Position numbers and translations under genes: made by a program. Of a stretch of 64,000 nucleotides of DNA, positions 49,913-60,660 are shown piece by piece. The DNA is taken from contig CBDDIJ010000003.1 of assembly GCA_965228855.1 (NCBI GenBank), positions 384,001 to 448,000 on the forward strand, given 5' to 3'. The first letter of the stretch is position 1, and each line of letters starts with the position of its first letter. The notes beneath the pieces are model-generated. The model worked only from the letters and a program-made list of their open reading frames with translations. It was not told the origin of the DNA and made no database searches. This DNA comes from Candidatus Obscuribacterales bacterium. Lineage in GTDB: Bacteria; Cyanobacteriota; Vampirovibrionia; Obscuribacterales; Obscuribacteraceae.

Positions 49913-50503
49913 TTAGAGTTTGCGGGAATTTCGGATTAACTCTCGCACTCCTGGCAGGTCCATGCGCTTCATTGGCTTCCTCGTCACGGATGAATACGGA
50001 ACTACGTCTCGCGTACTCCAGGCATAGACAGTTATTTCGACTGGATAGTTTTTCTCAAGCCATTTCAAGTGCACAAAGCTGCCTTTGATGTTTTCAACCA
50101 GTTCTTCTTCGACGCCTTCGAAACCCCAGTCTTCAAGAGCCTCTTTGATATCCTCGAAGTGATCGCAATATGCATGGAAGTCGATGTCGGATGTCAAACG
50201 AATTTTGCCGCTTAGAGTGCTGCCGATCAAAAAGGGATCAAATTGCTGAATTGCCTCCATGACTTCTACTGCTATTTCTCGCATTTCGCGAAGGCGCGTT
50301 TTATGCTCTTCTTCGCCTAGTTCTGTTTTTGTGAAAAGTCCGATCAATTCCTTGATGACTTTGTTCGACGGCATCCGTGCGGAATTTGATATGCCTAGCA
50401 TCATCTCTGCCCGTTCCTTCGCGTGCAAATATTCAGCGTCAAGACCGGTCGCCATGAACCGTGCCGCCTCCTCTGCGACACGTCGTCGAGACTGTTTTTT
50501 CAT
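49913..50503 (-). CDS. Nucleotidyltransferase-domain protein
   Basis: GSTLSG...SDIDFH pol-beta superfamily motif. Confidence 0.8.
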   Translation of the reverse strand: MKKQSRRRVAEEAARFMATGLDAEYLHAKERAEMMLGISNSARMPSNKVIKELIGLFTKTELGEEEHKTRLREMREIAVEVMEAIQQFDPFLIGSTLSGKIRLTSDIDFHAYCDHFEDIKEALEDWGFEGVEEELVENIKGSFVHLKWLEKNYPVEITVYAWSTRDVVPYSSVTRKPMKRMDLPGVRELIRNSRKL

Positions 50504-50692
50504 TATTAGACAAGCCGCTAGCTTGCTTTTGGGAAATTCGAATTCGCAAATGAATTCTAAAGTCAGTTCTAGCTCATGTATTATTCCTTGTCAACCGCTG
50601 GTCGCAAGTTTACCGGAAGTAACGAAAGTCGGCGGGACATTCGCTTTCCTCGTATGCTGAAGTGAGACATTGTCGTTTGGAGAGCAGCACGA

Positions 50693-51307
50693 ATGATGAG
50701 ATCCGTATCTGTTGTTTGGAAACTGGAGAAAGTGGTTTCCGCAGGAAAGCAGCTAATTTTCTCGGTTAGCGTTTGCTCTCTGTTCACGGCGGTCGGTGTG
50801 AGCTCTGCTTTTGCAACTCCGACACCCGGAGTCGACCGTCGGCCAAGCGTGCATTCGCAAGAGATTCTGAGCGCGGCAAAGGCGTCCGTTGGTAAGGAGA
50901 TGTGGAAAGGTTTCGGTCTTCCAAACGGGGGACTTGGATGTGCCGCATCGCTCAGCAACGTGCTTGGTAAGGCTGGAGTGAAGTATGCCCGATCGCCAGT
51001 AACAAAGGTTGTGCGTCAAAAGCTTTTGGGCGGACCGGTCAAAACCGCCGAGTATGTTGTAAAAGAAGGAGGCGACGGACCCCTCAACGATAGAGCTCTC
51101 GCAAGGGTTGCTAAACCTGGCGATGTTCTAGTTGCATTCATGGACCCGCTCCCCAAGGGCAATATCGGTCCTAAAGCGCATTGCGGTATTATCGGACCGG
51201 ATGGAACAGTTTTTACCAATGACTGGAACGATGGCATCTGGAAGCACGCCGACATCCATACCTACTTTGATTCGTACAGGCATATTCGGGTTATTCGGCT
51301 TCTGTGA
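50693..51307 (+). CDS. Secreted NlpC/P60-like (papain-fold) protein
   Basis: LGCAASLSNVL, KPGDVL, HCGI Cys-His dyad. Confidence 0.65.
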   Translation: MMRSVSVVWKLEKVVSAGKQLIFSVSVCSLFTAVGVSSAFATPTPGVDRRPSVHSQEILSAAKASVGKEMWKGFGLPNGGLGCAASLSNVLGKAGVKYARSPVTKVVRQKLLGGPVKTAEYVVKEGGDGPLNDRALARVAKPGDVLVAFMDPLPKGNIGPKAHCGIIGPDGTVFTNDWNDGIWKHADIHTYFDSYRHIRVIRLL

Positions 51308-51346
51308 GTGGTATTAATACATAGTACGTCCCACGGAGCACCTCGA

Positions 51347-51877
51347 ATGAACTGGCTGTCGTCGCTGAAAAAGCTTGCTGAGGGTAAGGACGACCCTGGA
51401 TTTGTGCGCATCCCAGAGGATAAGGACGAGTCTATTAGCGCCGGCGAATCGCCGACGAAACAACAGGTCATCGATTCGACATGCCACTACACCTGCACTC
51501 GCATGTGTTACGGGTACAGAGACAAGTCTTCTCAGTGCTGTTGCATTGGCGACCGCGATTTCATCATCGGACCGATTAGCGATACCGAGCGTTTCCTTGC
51601 GGCTCTCTCCGAAAAGCTAGGAGAGGAGGTTAAGTACGAGGATGTGTTTATCGACTATGAAGAGGGCCGACAGATTTTTCCGGACAAGAGCTGTTGGCAA
51701 AATCCCGATAACTTTCCGTGCATGCGAATTGTGCCTGACCAGGGAAGGGGCTATCCATGCCAGTTTCTCTCACTTGACGGAAAGTGTTCCGTGCACTCGA
51801 TAAAACCAGAGACCTGTCGAGTCTATCTCTGTGATTACTTGAAAAACATCGTCAACTTTCTGGATCAAACATTGTAG
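51347..51877 (+). CDS. YkgJ-like cysteine-cluster protein
   Basis: C..C..CC, CQFL...CSVHSIKPETCRVYLC. Confidence 0.8.
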   Translation: MNWLSSLKKLAEGKDDPGFVRIPEDKDESISAGESPTKQQVIDSTCHYTCTRMCYGYRDKSSQCCCIGDRDFIIGPISDTERFLAALSEKLGEEVKYEDVFIDYEEGRQIFPDKSCWQNPDNFPCMRIVPDQGRGYPCQFLSLDGKCSVHSIKPETCRVYLCDYLKNIVNFLDQTL

Positions 51878-54519
51878 TGAAGGGCAAAGACGCGGAAAAC
51901 GATTTTCGTCTTTGTCGAGTCTGCGGCAAGCGCGAAGATGAATCCGGCGACATCTCGCTAAGCCAATTCGTGTTTAGATACGACGCTTGTCGTTGTAAGT
52001 TTCCTCAGAATTTGAGTGATGCCTTAAGCTCATCTATTCGCGCGCGTCCGGCTGAGTTCATTGCTGCGGCTTCTGCTGTTGCTGCCGATTCCGGCGTCTC
52101 GTCTGAGCAACAGTTGACGCTTGACGATGACTCCTTTCCTCTGAAGCGATACAAACCCGTCTACAGGCTGGGGTCAGGGGCATCAGGAGTGGTGTATCTT
52201 GCGAACGATAAAGTGCTTGGCAAAAAGGTCGCCATCAAAATTTTACGGACGCTTTCACCGGAGTTTATCATTGCTTTTCAGGAAGAAGCAAGAACGACTA
52301 GCCGCCTGAAACACAAGTACATCGTCGACCTTCTTGATTTTGGAGTCACCAGGAGTGGAGCACCATATATAGTATTAGAGTTTGTGCTCGGTCCCTCTCT
52401 GGAAGAGGTGGTGCATCGATTTGGTCCGGTTAAGCTGAGAGACTTTTTTGACGTATTCCGATTTACCTGCGAGGCGCTTTCGTATGCGCATGCCAACAAG
52501 GTATTTCACCGAGACTTAAAGCCAGGCAATATCCTTTTGACGCATGAGACAGACGGCTCATTTTCCATTCGAATCATTGATTTCGGTTTAGCCAAGATTT
52601 TGAGCGATCAGGTGGATGCCAGTCAAAAAAAGAATCTCACAATAGTTGGCACTCCGCTATATATGAGCCCCGACCAGGGTTTGGGACGACCATTTGATGC
52701 TCGCTCTGAAGTTTACTCGCTTGGCTGCGTTATGTTTGAAGCACTATGTGGTGCTCCACCGTTTCAGGCCGATACGGCGCTTGAACTTCTCAGCTTACAT
52801 GCCGAGCAGGAGCCGCCCGGAGTCGCACAAGTTCTACTCGATAGCGGCGCAAGTCCGGAGTCTGTCGCTATTCCGCCATCAGTGGAGGCGATTATTCGCA
52901 AATGTCTTGAGAAAAATCCCGAAGATCGTTTTCAAACAGTTAGTGAGGTGCTGGAGGCTTTGAACGAGGCGGAATTCGTCGAGAATGAAGAGTTTCAGTC
53001 TGAAGTCGTGGAGACGTTCGAGAATTCCGATTCGTCGCGCATCTGGCTAAACTCCGGTCTTGTGCTCATCTTCTGTCTTGGAGTATTCTGCTATTTTTTC
53101 ATGATCAATCAGGGAGTGGACATTCCTAAGGTTTCTCGGACGTCCAAGAAAGTGAGTGGTAATGCGCTAGCTGATTTTGACAATTCAAGGAAGGTGCGAC
53201 CTGTAGCCGGTTTGATCGATCAGAATCAAGAAATCGTTCGCCTCAATGGAGCTTTCAAAGCCTCAGAAATAAAGGGGCTGGAGCAATACAAGTATATGAC
53301 CGAATTGGATCTGTCAAATAACGTCCACAATGACGACGTCACTTCTCAGATCAAAAGCAAATACCTCAAGGTTTTAAGACTGAACAATACCCCTGTAAAA
53401 ACGCTCGAGTATGTTTCAAAGCTTCCCAACTTACAGTACATAAATCTGTCAAATACCATGATTGATGGCGACGCTATCAAGCGTTTGAAGCGCCTTCCGA
53501 ATCTAATTGAATTGGATATTCGCCTCACGCCACTGAAAGACGAAGACTTGAAATATTTGGCTGACATACCCTCTCTTTTAAAGTTGAGTCTCAGTAACGA
53601 AAAGTATTCTGCCGCTTCGTTGACTGCGCTTCGCGAGCGGCTGCCCGCCTGCAGTATGAAGTTCGGCGTTCAAAGAATTGTGCCGCTTAACGAAATTCGT
53701 GATCTGATCGACGCCGGACAATTGGGCCAGGCTGAGCGACAATCCAAGCTCGCTATAAGTGTAATTGAAGAAACTCAAGGGAAAGAAGTGTCGCCGATTG
53801 CGGCATACAGCTACTGGACAGCAGTGGCTCTTATTCGACAGGGAAAAAGGGACGAATGCCGACGGTATGTCGAACGCTCAATCGAGGTGGCGGAAAAGTC
53901 CAAGTTTAATGTCTACCTGCCGGATGCGTATATGATTCTGATGCAGACGTATGATGAAAACAACCAGCATGACCGCGCCGATCGTTATGCCGAACGCGTC
54001 GCCATTTCGCAACTCGAGCGAGATGGAGTGACTTTGAACGTTGCGCACTTCGCATTGAGAGCTGGTGAAGGACATTTGCGCAAAACAGAAATTGCTGAGG
54101 CGAAGAAGTGGCTGGAAACCGCTGAGCGCTATGTCAAAAATTTGAAATCGAGACATATCAAATTTGCGAGCAAGGATTACACGCTGCTCTTGGCACCTCT
54201 TAATTTGCACCTTTCAGAAGTCTACTATTTGAAAAACGAGATTGAGAAATCGAAAGTCTATGCATCAGCCGCACTCAAATATTTGAAGAAGCGTACTACC
54301 GACCGCCCGTCTGAGAATAGCGATGAATACATAGTTCAAGAGAAACTACTTTCTGCTGTGGAAACAAGACTGGCTGCTATCGCGGAGCACGATAAGAATT
54401 TTGCTGAAGCAGTTGAACATCAACGAACTTCGATCGAATATCTGAAGGAAGTAAATGCGCCGCTTAAAAAAGACCTTCTGTATCTGCGACATCTTGAGGC
54501 GCAGGCTGAGGCTAACTGA
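51877..54519 (+). CDS. Ser/Thr protein kinase with TM, LRR and TPR-like regions
   Basis: LGSGASG, HRDLKPGN, DFG, GTPLYMSP; TM; LRRs; N-terminal Cys motif. Confidence 0.92.
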   Translation: MKGKDAENDFRLCRVCGKREDESGDISLSQFVFRYDACRCKFPQNLSDALSSSIRARPAEFIAAASAVAADSGVSSEQQLTLDDDSFPLKRYKPVYRLGSGASGVVYLANDKVLGKKVAIKILRTLSPEFIIAFQEEARTTSRLKHKYIVDLLDFGVTRSGAPYIVLEFVLGPSLEEVVHRFGPVKLRDFFDVFRFTCEALSYAHANKVFHRDLKPGNILLTHETDGSFSIRIIDFGLAKILSDQVDASQKKNLTIVGTPLYMSPDQGLGRPFDARSEVYSLGCVMFEALCGAPPFQADTALELLSLHAEQEPPGVAQVLLDSGASPESVAIPPSVEAIIRKCLEKNPEDRFQTVSEVLEALNEAEFVENEEFQSEVVETFENSDSSRIWLNSGLVLIFCLGVFCYFFMINQGVDIPKVSRTSKKVSGNALADFDNSRKVRPVAGLIDQNQEIVRLNGAFKASEIKGLEQYKYMTELDLSNNVHNDDVTSQIKSKYLKVLRLNNTPVKTLEYVSKLPNLQYINLSNTMIDGDAIKRLKRLPNLIELDIRLTPLKDEDLKYLADIPSLLKLSLSNEKYSAASLTALRERLPACSMKFGVQRIVPLNEIRDLIDAGQLGQAERQSKLAISVIEETQGKEVSPIAAYSYWTAVALIRQGKRDECRRYVERSIEVAEKSKFNVYLPDAYMILMQTYDENNQHDRADRYAERVAISQLERDGVTLNVAHFALRAGEGHLRKTEIAEAKKWLETAERYVKNLKSRHIKFASKDYTLLLAPLNLHLSEVYYLKNEIEKSKVYASAALKYLKKRTTDRPSENSDEYIVQEKLLSAVETRLAAIAEHDKNFAEAVEHQRTSIEYLKEVNAPLKKDLLYLRHLEAQAEAN

Positions 54520-54555
54520 TTCTCGAAAATAAACAACTCTAATCGGTTTTAACGC

Positions 54556-56220
54556 TCAACGGTGCTTTCTAGTCGCTCTTGGCCGTTTCGGAACAGGCTT
54601 TGGTGTGCGTTTTGCTGCGGCGTGATCGACAACGATCGGCTCGTGAGTGGTTTCAACAATATTAGGGTCAGAGGCTGAGCCCACCGGATCTTTGGGAACC
54701 GCTTGACCAATTTGTTTTATGCTACGCAATTGATTTATCAATGCAGATTCAGCGATGCGAAGATTTCTGATAGTCGGTGTGTGACCGTTGACCATAATCG
54801 TGACGGCGAGCTTCTGATTTCCGGCTGTCTTTAGAATTCCTGAGATGCACCTGACACTCTCCATGGTGCCAGTTTTAAACTGATAGGTCCCCTTTCCTAC
54901 GCTCGATTCATCGTTTTGTTTTAGTAACCCGAGGTAGGGACCGTCTGCCTTCTCGCCTGCCATGTGCTTGAGCACCGTATCCAGTGCATGGGGCGATACG
55001 GCGTTCTTCCTGCAAAGACCGCAACCATCGAACAAAATTACTTCTTGACCGTTCACTCCTATCTTCGACAACCACTTAGACATCGCGATCAAGCCACGTG
55101 CTTCTAGCGACATTGAACTGTTTCGCTCGGTTGATTTGCCAGCCGGAGCCGTCTCCGTTTTCAACGTGGTTGCGCCTATTGTCCTCAGTAACTGTTGCGC
55201 ATACAGGTTATCGCTTTCGTGGAGGCAGGTCCTGATGATTTCCGCAAGTGGTTTAGACTCGTGCGCTGCCAGTTGATTGATATTTGCGCTTGGCGGAATT
55301 TCTTGATTGCCGATGCGGACGCCGTTTCTTTTAACCATCAATTCCGCAAGCGCGAGGTTGTACTCGTCCGGATTCGACATTGCAAAGGATGGTTGCTTTG
55401 GTGCCTGGGGGTGTTTCGGTCTGTAAGTGAGCGCCGTATGGTTGGAGCGATCGACATTAACCCATGTGGGCCCGTCCGGCGAGTTTAACAATGTATCGAA
55501 GAGCGAACCGTGTGTATTGGCTGCGTCGACAACTCTGTAAGAATCACCGAGTTCCCCTGGACTGCCCAGGTTACGATCCAGCACCAGGTTTGATGCTACC
55601 GGCATCCAGTGTCGTCCCCAGTCTTCAACCAACCAAGCCTGGTGAAAACCCATATCACCCGCGCCGGTTGGGGCAATCTTGATCTGGCCGGTGATATCGG
55701 ATATGGTGCCTGAGCCTGTCAGTCGGCTGGTCGCTTGAATCGCGTCTTTTATCAATCCGGCTAGCTGTCCACGACCGAAAGTCGGATTTTGTGACGGCAC
55801 GATAACCAGGTTTCCGTTTAAGGTGGTTCCGCTAAATGTTCCATCGGCGATCACAGTCGTTTTATAAGTATAGGCACCACCTAAGGTGTCATACGCACAA
55901 GCGCAGGTTATCGCCTTGACTGTCGAAGCCGGCGTATAGCGCCTGTTTCCATTAAAGGAGTATAGAACTCTTCCGCTCGGGACTTCCATAATTTCCAAGC
56001 CGACGTTTGAATGTTCCAGAGTTGGGATTCGCAGCCAACCACGGACCAGATTATCTAAGGTGAGCGTATTGTCCAGCCGTTCTACCGCCGGGGGCTTTGC
56101 AGAAGCGGCATTTGCTGCTTCCGAGGCTGTGATTCGAAGACTGGCTGAGAGAACGCAAAACAGGAACGCGCAGGTGAGTGCTACAAATATGGTCGACTGC
56201 CGCGATCTGTCTCTAATCAT
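54556..56220 (-). CDS. dacB: D-alanyl-D-alanine carboxypeptidase/endopeptidase (PBP4, S13)
   Basis: PASTVK, SDN, DGCGL, KTGT motifs. Confidence 0.9.
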   Translation of the reverse strand: MIRDRSRQSTIFVALTCAFLFCVLSASLRITASEAANAASAKPPAVERLDNTLTLDNLVRGWLRIPTLEHSNVGLEIMEVPSGRVLYSFNGNRRYTPASTVKAITCACAYDTLGGAYTYKTTVIADGTFSGTTLNGNLVIVPSQNPTFGRGQLAGLIKDAIQATSRLTGSGTISDITGQIKIAPTGAGDMGFHQAWLVEDWGRHWMPVASNLVLDRNLGSPGELGDSYRVVDAANTHGSLFDTLLNSPDGPTWVNVDRSNHTALTYRPKHPQAPKQPSFAMSNPDEYNLALAELMVKRNGVRIGNQEIPPSANINQLAAHESKPLAEIIRTCLHESDNLYAQQLLRTIGATTLKTETAPAGKSTERNSSMSLEARGLIAMSKWLSKIGVNGQEVILFDGCGLCRKNAVSPHALDTVLKHMAGEKADGPYLGLLKQNDESSVGKGTYQFKTGTMESVRCISGILKTAGNQKLAVTIMVNGHTPTIRNLRIAESALINQLRSIKQIGQAVPKDPVGSASDPNIVETTHEPIVVDHAAAKRTPKPVPKRPRATRKHR

Positions 56221-56320
56221 TGAAATTGCTCTCTAATTGCCGGATACCTGGCTGCTAGCCCGCACTATTATCGTATGCGTGAGCGAAAAATGCTGTGATC
56301 GAGCCATGAATTAATGCTGC

Positions 56321-56761
56321 TTATTCGCCCAGCTGCTGTTTGAACAGGTCCGCGATCAGCTTCGGCGTGCGCACCGGTTTCATTGTTGTTCCGTTGATGA
56401 AGACACCAGTGTGCGTCGCAAAAGTTGTGATCTGTTCGTCGACCTTAATTTCAGCATTGAAGATGACGCTAGCCGCTCTCAATTCCTGTATCCACATGTG
56501 AGCGATAGGTTTGTCGAACAATCGAATTGCCCTTTTGTATTCAATTGTGTGTGCGGCTATTACCGGCAGCAAGCCCTGATCCATAAAGTCCTTGAGAGGA
56601 AAGTATTCGTCAAAAACTTTCAATCGCATATCTTCCAGCCATCTGAAGTAAACGATGTTTGAAACATGTCCTGCGAAGTCGATGTCGTAAGTGCCGATCG
56701 AGATTGGTTTACTTACTTCAAAGCATCGCTTTTGATTGAGGCTTGGCATCGGAATGTCCAT
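56321..56761 (-). CDS. Acyl-CoA thioesterase (4HBT family)
   Basis: DIDFAGHVSNIVYFRWLE. Confidence 0.9.
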   Translation of the reverse strand: MDIPMPSLNQKRCFEVSKPISIGTYDIDFAGHVSNIVYFRWLEDMRLKVFDEYFPLKDFMDQGLLPVIAAHTIEYKRAIRLFDKPIAHMWIQELRAASVIFNAEIKVDEQITTFATHTGVFINGTTMKPVRTPKLIADLFKQQLGE

Positions 56762-56919
56762 GAAATGCTACAACGGTTTCTTATGTGAAACTGTCAAGAA
56801 TGGCAGCTGGTGCGCTTGACGACCGTCTTGCCTCGGAACATATTCCACATTCAGAGCATCATTTTAATTGGAAACGTAAGAACCTGAACGCGCCGTGGCG
56901 TAGTGAGAGGAAATTTTAT

Positions 56920-57267
56920 ATGTTGACTAGATTTTGGAAAGTATTGAGCGCCACTGCGCTCGTTTTAATTGTCGGTCTGATGCTTCCTCAGGCAAGTGAG
57001 GCGAGACATCACCACAAAAATTGGAATAACAATTGCAACAATATTAGGTGGAACAACAATAGTGCCTGGTATGGCAACCGCGGTTGTAACAGCTATGGAA
57101 ATCGTTGGATAAACAACAGCGCCTGGTACGGTAACAACGGATACAACAATGGTTGGCGGAACCGAAACTGGCGAAATAACTCATACTTCAACAATGGAAG
57201 GGGTCATGCCTACGGTCGCCAGTTTGCGCATCATCGACATCATGGCCGACGAGGCGGCTGGTTCTAA
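56920..57267 (+). CDS. Small secreted Asn/Gly/Trp/His-rich low-complexity protein
   Basis: GAGAGG SD, signal peptide (ASEA), repeated NNSAWYGN. Confidence 0.75.
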   Translation: MLTRFWKVLSATALVLIVGLMLPQASEARHHHKNWNNNCNNIRWNNNSAWYGNRGCNSYGNRWINNSAWYGNNGYNNGWRNRNWRNNSYFNNGRGHAYGRQFAHHRHHGRRGGWF

Positions 57268-57289
57268 AGATCAGAACATCGCAATAATT

Positions 57290-57332
57290 TGAACGCAGGA
57301 AGCAAACGGATTGTGCTTCCTGCGTTCATTTT
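57290..57332 (+). terminator. Intrinsic terminator
   Basis: 15-bp stem TGAACGCAGGAAGCA/TGCTTCCTGCGTTCA followed by TTTT. Confidence 0.85.
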
Positions 57333-57404
57333 GAGCTGCAAATGTTTTATGATTTACGGCGCGATTCGCTAGTCGCGTTTGCTCATTTGTTGTGAGGGGG
57401 AATT

Positions 57405-57635
57405 ATGTCGCAGGAAGAGCTGAAACAGGCAATTCAGGACAAAAAATTGATTTGTCCAAAGTGCAAAGACCCGGTGCAGAAGTACGACAACTACATTGAC
57501 CTGGTTGGCAGTGTCTGGGACGGAGCCGGCGATTCCGGTGTGGAATCGGCAGGCAGCAAAGTTACTCTCATTTGCGGCAATGGCGACTGTGCCTGGAAAG
57601 AGCGTACCGAATATTGGGATTCGTTTGAAGAATAA
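57405..57635 (+). CDS. Small Cys-motif (zinc-ribbon-like) protein
   Basis: GAGGGG SD; CPKC...CGNGDC. Confidence 0.7.
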   Translation: MSQEELKQAIQDKKLICPKCKDPVQKYDNYIDLVGSVWDGAGDSGVESAGSKVTLICGNGDCAWKERTEYWDSFEE

Positions 57636-57680
57636 GTTCGTAAAACTGTTAAAAGCGGCTCAATCGCCGCTTGCGACGGT

Positions 57681-57896
57681 TTATTCTTCTGAAGCAGTTG
57701 CGACGACGGCGCCACTGAGCGCATCATAAGCCTGTTTCATTGCATGCGTGAGCCGAATGCGACTTTCGAGCGTGATGATCAGGTCCGCAAGATACTCTGT
57801 ATCACTGCCGATTTCGCAGGCCTCAAGCTTCATTTGGATCGCTTCCAGAAGCTTGTCGTAAGAAATTACTGATGGGACGTCCACGTCAGAAACCAT
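57681..57896 (-). CDS. Small hypothetical protein
   Basis: GAGGTG SD before ATG 57896; 71 aa, helical. Confidence 0.6.
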   Translation of the reverse strand: MVSDVDVPSVISYDKLLEAIQMKLEACEIGSDTEYLADLIITLESRIRLTHAMKQAYDALSGAVVATASEE

Positions 57897-58082
57897 AAAA
57901 GCCAAACACCTCTTAAAAGAGCCCCTGGACATGTTGCCCTGATTTGATCCCAATCTGTTGAGCAAGCGGAGGTACGTACAAATTGGATTCGCCCAGGGGC
58001 AGAGTCTAAGCTATCACCGCCAAAATCATTTAGCTAGGCTGTGTAAACGACTGTCTCTTAGCAACTACTAAGGAGAAGATTC

Positions 58083-59069
58083 ATGAAGGCTGCGATTGTA
58101 ACGGGCTCTGGTGGACCCGAGGTTCTCAAGGTCCAAGACGTGCCCGAACCACACGCGTCGAAAGGTGAAGTCCGTGTGCGTGTTATGGCGACTGCGGTGA
58201 ACCGGGCGGACGTGATACAGCGGAAGGGCGGATATCCTGCTCCTCCAGGTGTTCCGTCGAACATTCTGGGGTTGGAGTATGCCGGTGTCATAACTGATAT
58301 CGGCGAGGATGTTTCCGGGTTCGAGCCCGGTGATCGTGTGTTCGGATTGGTTGGTGGCGGGTCCTATGCGCAATTTATCGTAACGCACCATCGAACCATC
58401 GCGAAGATTCCGGATAACCTCTCCTTCGAGCAAGCAGCGGCTTGTCCTGAGGCTTTCGTAACCGCATACGATGCCATGGTCAGTCAGGCGAATTTGAAGT
58501 CGGGAGAATGGGTTCTGATCCATGCTGCCGGAAGTGGCGTGGGGACTGCCGCTGTGCAAATTTGCACAGCGCTGGGCGCGCGTTCCGTCGGCACGAGCAG
58601 GACCAAAGACAAAATCGATCGAGCGATGGAACTTGGCTTGCATCGCGGTATCGTGGTCGAGAAAGGTGATTTCTCCGATGAAGTCAAAACCATTGTTGGC
58701 GACCAGGGCGTTGACGTGGTGCTGGAATTGATAGGCGGCAACTATGTTATTGAAGATCTGGAGTGCGTGGCGAATCAGGGGCGCATTATTCTTGTCGGTT
58801 TGCTGGCCGGCGCTAAGGCGGAATTGAGTCTGCAACGAATTTTATCGAAGCGTGTGATGCTCAAGGGAACGACTCTGCGCGCCCGACCACTCGAAGAGAA
58901 AATTGTTGCAGCTCAACTATTATCTAAACAGATCGCGCCTTTGCTTGAAAACGGTGAACTAAAGCCGATCATCGACAAGGTCTTTGATCTGGATAATGTC
59001 GTTGAGGCTCACAGATATGTCGAGCAGAACGATAGTTTCGGCAAGGTTGTTTTGAACTTGGACGATTGA
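58083..59069 (+). CDS. NAD(P)H-quinone oxidoreductase (PIG3/zeta-crystallin family)
   Basis: VNRAD...GYPAPPG...LGLE, HAAGSGVG, GKVVL. Confidence 0.93.
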   Translation: MKAAIVTGSGGPEVLKVQDVPEPHASKGEVRVRVMATAVNRADVIQRKGGYPAPPGVPSNILGLEYAGVITDIGEDVSGFEPGDRVFGLVGGGSYAQFIVTHHRTIAKIPDNLSFEQAAACPEAFVTAYDAMVSQANLKSGEWVLIHAAGSGVGTAAVQICTALGARSVGTSRTKDKIDRAMELGLHRGIVVEKGDFSDEVKTIVGDQGVDVVLELIGGNYVIEDLECVANQGRIILVGLLAGAKAELSLQRILSKRVMLKGTTLRARPLEEKIVAAQLLSKQIAPLLENGELKPIIDKVFDLDNVVEAHRYVEQNDSFGKVVLNLDD

Positions 59070-59097
59070 ACGTGAGCCGTTTTCGCGAGGGTGCAAG

Positions 59098-60150
59098 ATG
59101 ATGTCTGGTCAGCCCGATAAGGTTTCCGATACGGTGCAAACCGCCGATGGTTCTTTGACGCTGCGCGATAGAAAGACCAATGAGCTTTATCACAACTCCG
59201 GCGGCGCTTTGCTCGAGGCTGTCGAGAATTATGTGAAACCAGCCAGGTTGGAAGGGCTTCTCCAGCGTCGAGGAGGAGCAAAGAAGTCGGATTCGAATTG
59301 TATGCCTACCGTTGGTGAAGGCTCGGAAACGGGCACTACTGGTGGTACCATGCGCGATATGGACGATTCAACTTTGCGGTTTCTCGATGTCTGTTTCGGG
59401 CTTGGATACAATACATTTGCGGTCTGGCAGCATGTGTTAAACGCGCCGTATTTGCCGTTTGACAAGATTGAAGCCACCGCCATAGAGTTGGATGTGGAAC
59501 TGTTAAAACTGTGGCCGGCCATTCTGCGACAAGAATGTTTTCGAACGCTCAACGATGCTCTGCGCGATCAGAGCGGGAAGTCTATTTCTGAAAATCTGGA
59601 GGCTCTTGCTCGCATAGGAGTGCCTCCTAAGGCGGTTCGGTTCAACTATCAAGCACGGGAAGGACCGCCATTCGTGCTGAATATGAAATTTGCTGATTTG
59701 CGTGAAGCCGTACCAAAGCTCGCGATGGAGGAGCCCGCCTCTTACGATTTGATTTTTCACGATCCTTTCTCACCGAGGATGATGCAGCAGTTTTGGACCG
59801 TAGAACTATTCAAGGATTACTTTAACTTGCTTCGACCGGATTGTGGCGCGCTTCTGACCTATAGCGCCGCTTCTGCGGTGCGCGGCGGATTGATCGAAGC
59901 CGGTTTTTCAATTTTCAGAACTAAAGGCGTTGGTGTCAAGAATGGTGGCACACTCGCGTGCCGAACTGGGGCGACTGAGCTAGTGGACGGGCTAATATTC
60001 AATATGTTCGAGGAGGAAGTGGAGCGGCTGAAGACAGTCTCCGGCATTCCCTATCGCGATCCGTCGCGGCTTGATTCTACAAAAGATGTCCTGAAGCGTC
60101 GCGAGCAAGAACAGAAAATGTTCAAGGCGAATAAATCCCAATCTGTTTAG
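59098..60150 (+). CDS. MnmC-like (MnmD) SAM-dependent methyltransferase
   Basis: TADGSLTL...ELYH...GALLEA, LDVCFGLGYN, HDPFSP, TYSAA..VR.GL..AGF. Confidence 0.85.
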   Translation: MMSGQPDKVSDTVQTADGSLTLRDRKTNELYHNSGGALLEAVENYVKPARLEGLLQRRGGAKKSDSNCMPTVGEGSETGTTGGTMRDMDDSTLRFLDVCFGLGYNTFAVWQHVLNAPYLPFDKIEATAIELDVELLKLWPAILRQECFRTLNDALRDQSGKSISENLEALARIGVPPKAVRFNYQAREGPPFVLNMKFADLREAVPKLAMEEPASYDLIFHDPFSPRMMQQFWTVELFKDYFNLLRPDCGALLTYSAASAVRGGLIEAGFSIFRTKGVGVKNGGTLACRTGATELVDGLIFNMFEEEVERLKTVSGIPYRDPSRLDSTKDVLKRREQEQKMFKANKSQSV

Positions 60151-60154
60151 TCGT

Positions 60155-60565
60155 CTAGTCGTCGCTGCTGCCGCTTCCGACTTCTGCTTCGACGATTGCT
60201 TCCAGAGCCCGAATTTGCCGTTCAACATCCTCAAGCTCCGCATATAGTTCTGCGTTCGGCTCGGCCAGGTCTGCGATGTCGTCGGTCAATTTCTCGACTT
60301 TCTCGCCAAGTAGTTCCATCAGTTTAATTATCAGGTCAGTATGCTCGGGTGTGAACTCCTCTCGGCGAGTTTTCAAAGCCTCCATCAGGAGGTTGTATTT
60401 CTTCCCGACCAGTTCCAGTTTGTCTACGCGCCAGCCGATTGAATGATTCACACGCCGAATCCGTCCGCAGATCTTGGTTCGATCGCGGGACAGGCGTTTT
60501 AGCCTTTGCCAGATATCTACGGGTTCACTCATTGGGAATGTTACCGGAATTCTTCTCCTTATCAT
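60155..60565 (-). CDS. Coiled-coil hypothetical protein
   Basis: Heptad-rich ORF divergent from the sigma-like gene. Confidence 0.6.
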   Translation of the reverse strand: MIRRRIPVTFPMSEPVDIWQRLKRLSRDRTKICGRIRRVNHSIGWRVDKLELVGKKYNLLMEALKTRREEFTPEHTDLIIKLMELLGEKVEKLTDDIADLAEPNAELYAELEDVERQIRALEAIVEAEVGSGSSDD

Positions 60566-60660
60566 TAATTACCACGAGAGCCCTCATAACTACACCCCTC
60601 CATACATTCCGTGGTAATCTGTCCTGCTCGAAGCGGAAATCAGGGCTGGGGAGGCTCTTA

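Noticed and set aside
58068..58835. 255-aa antisense ORF, and similar shadow ORFs across the window
   Set aside because: Antisense shadows of well-supported genes.
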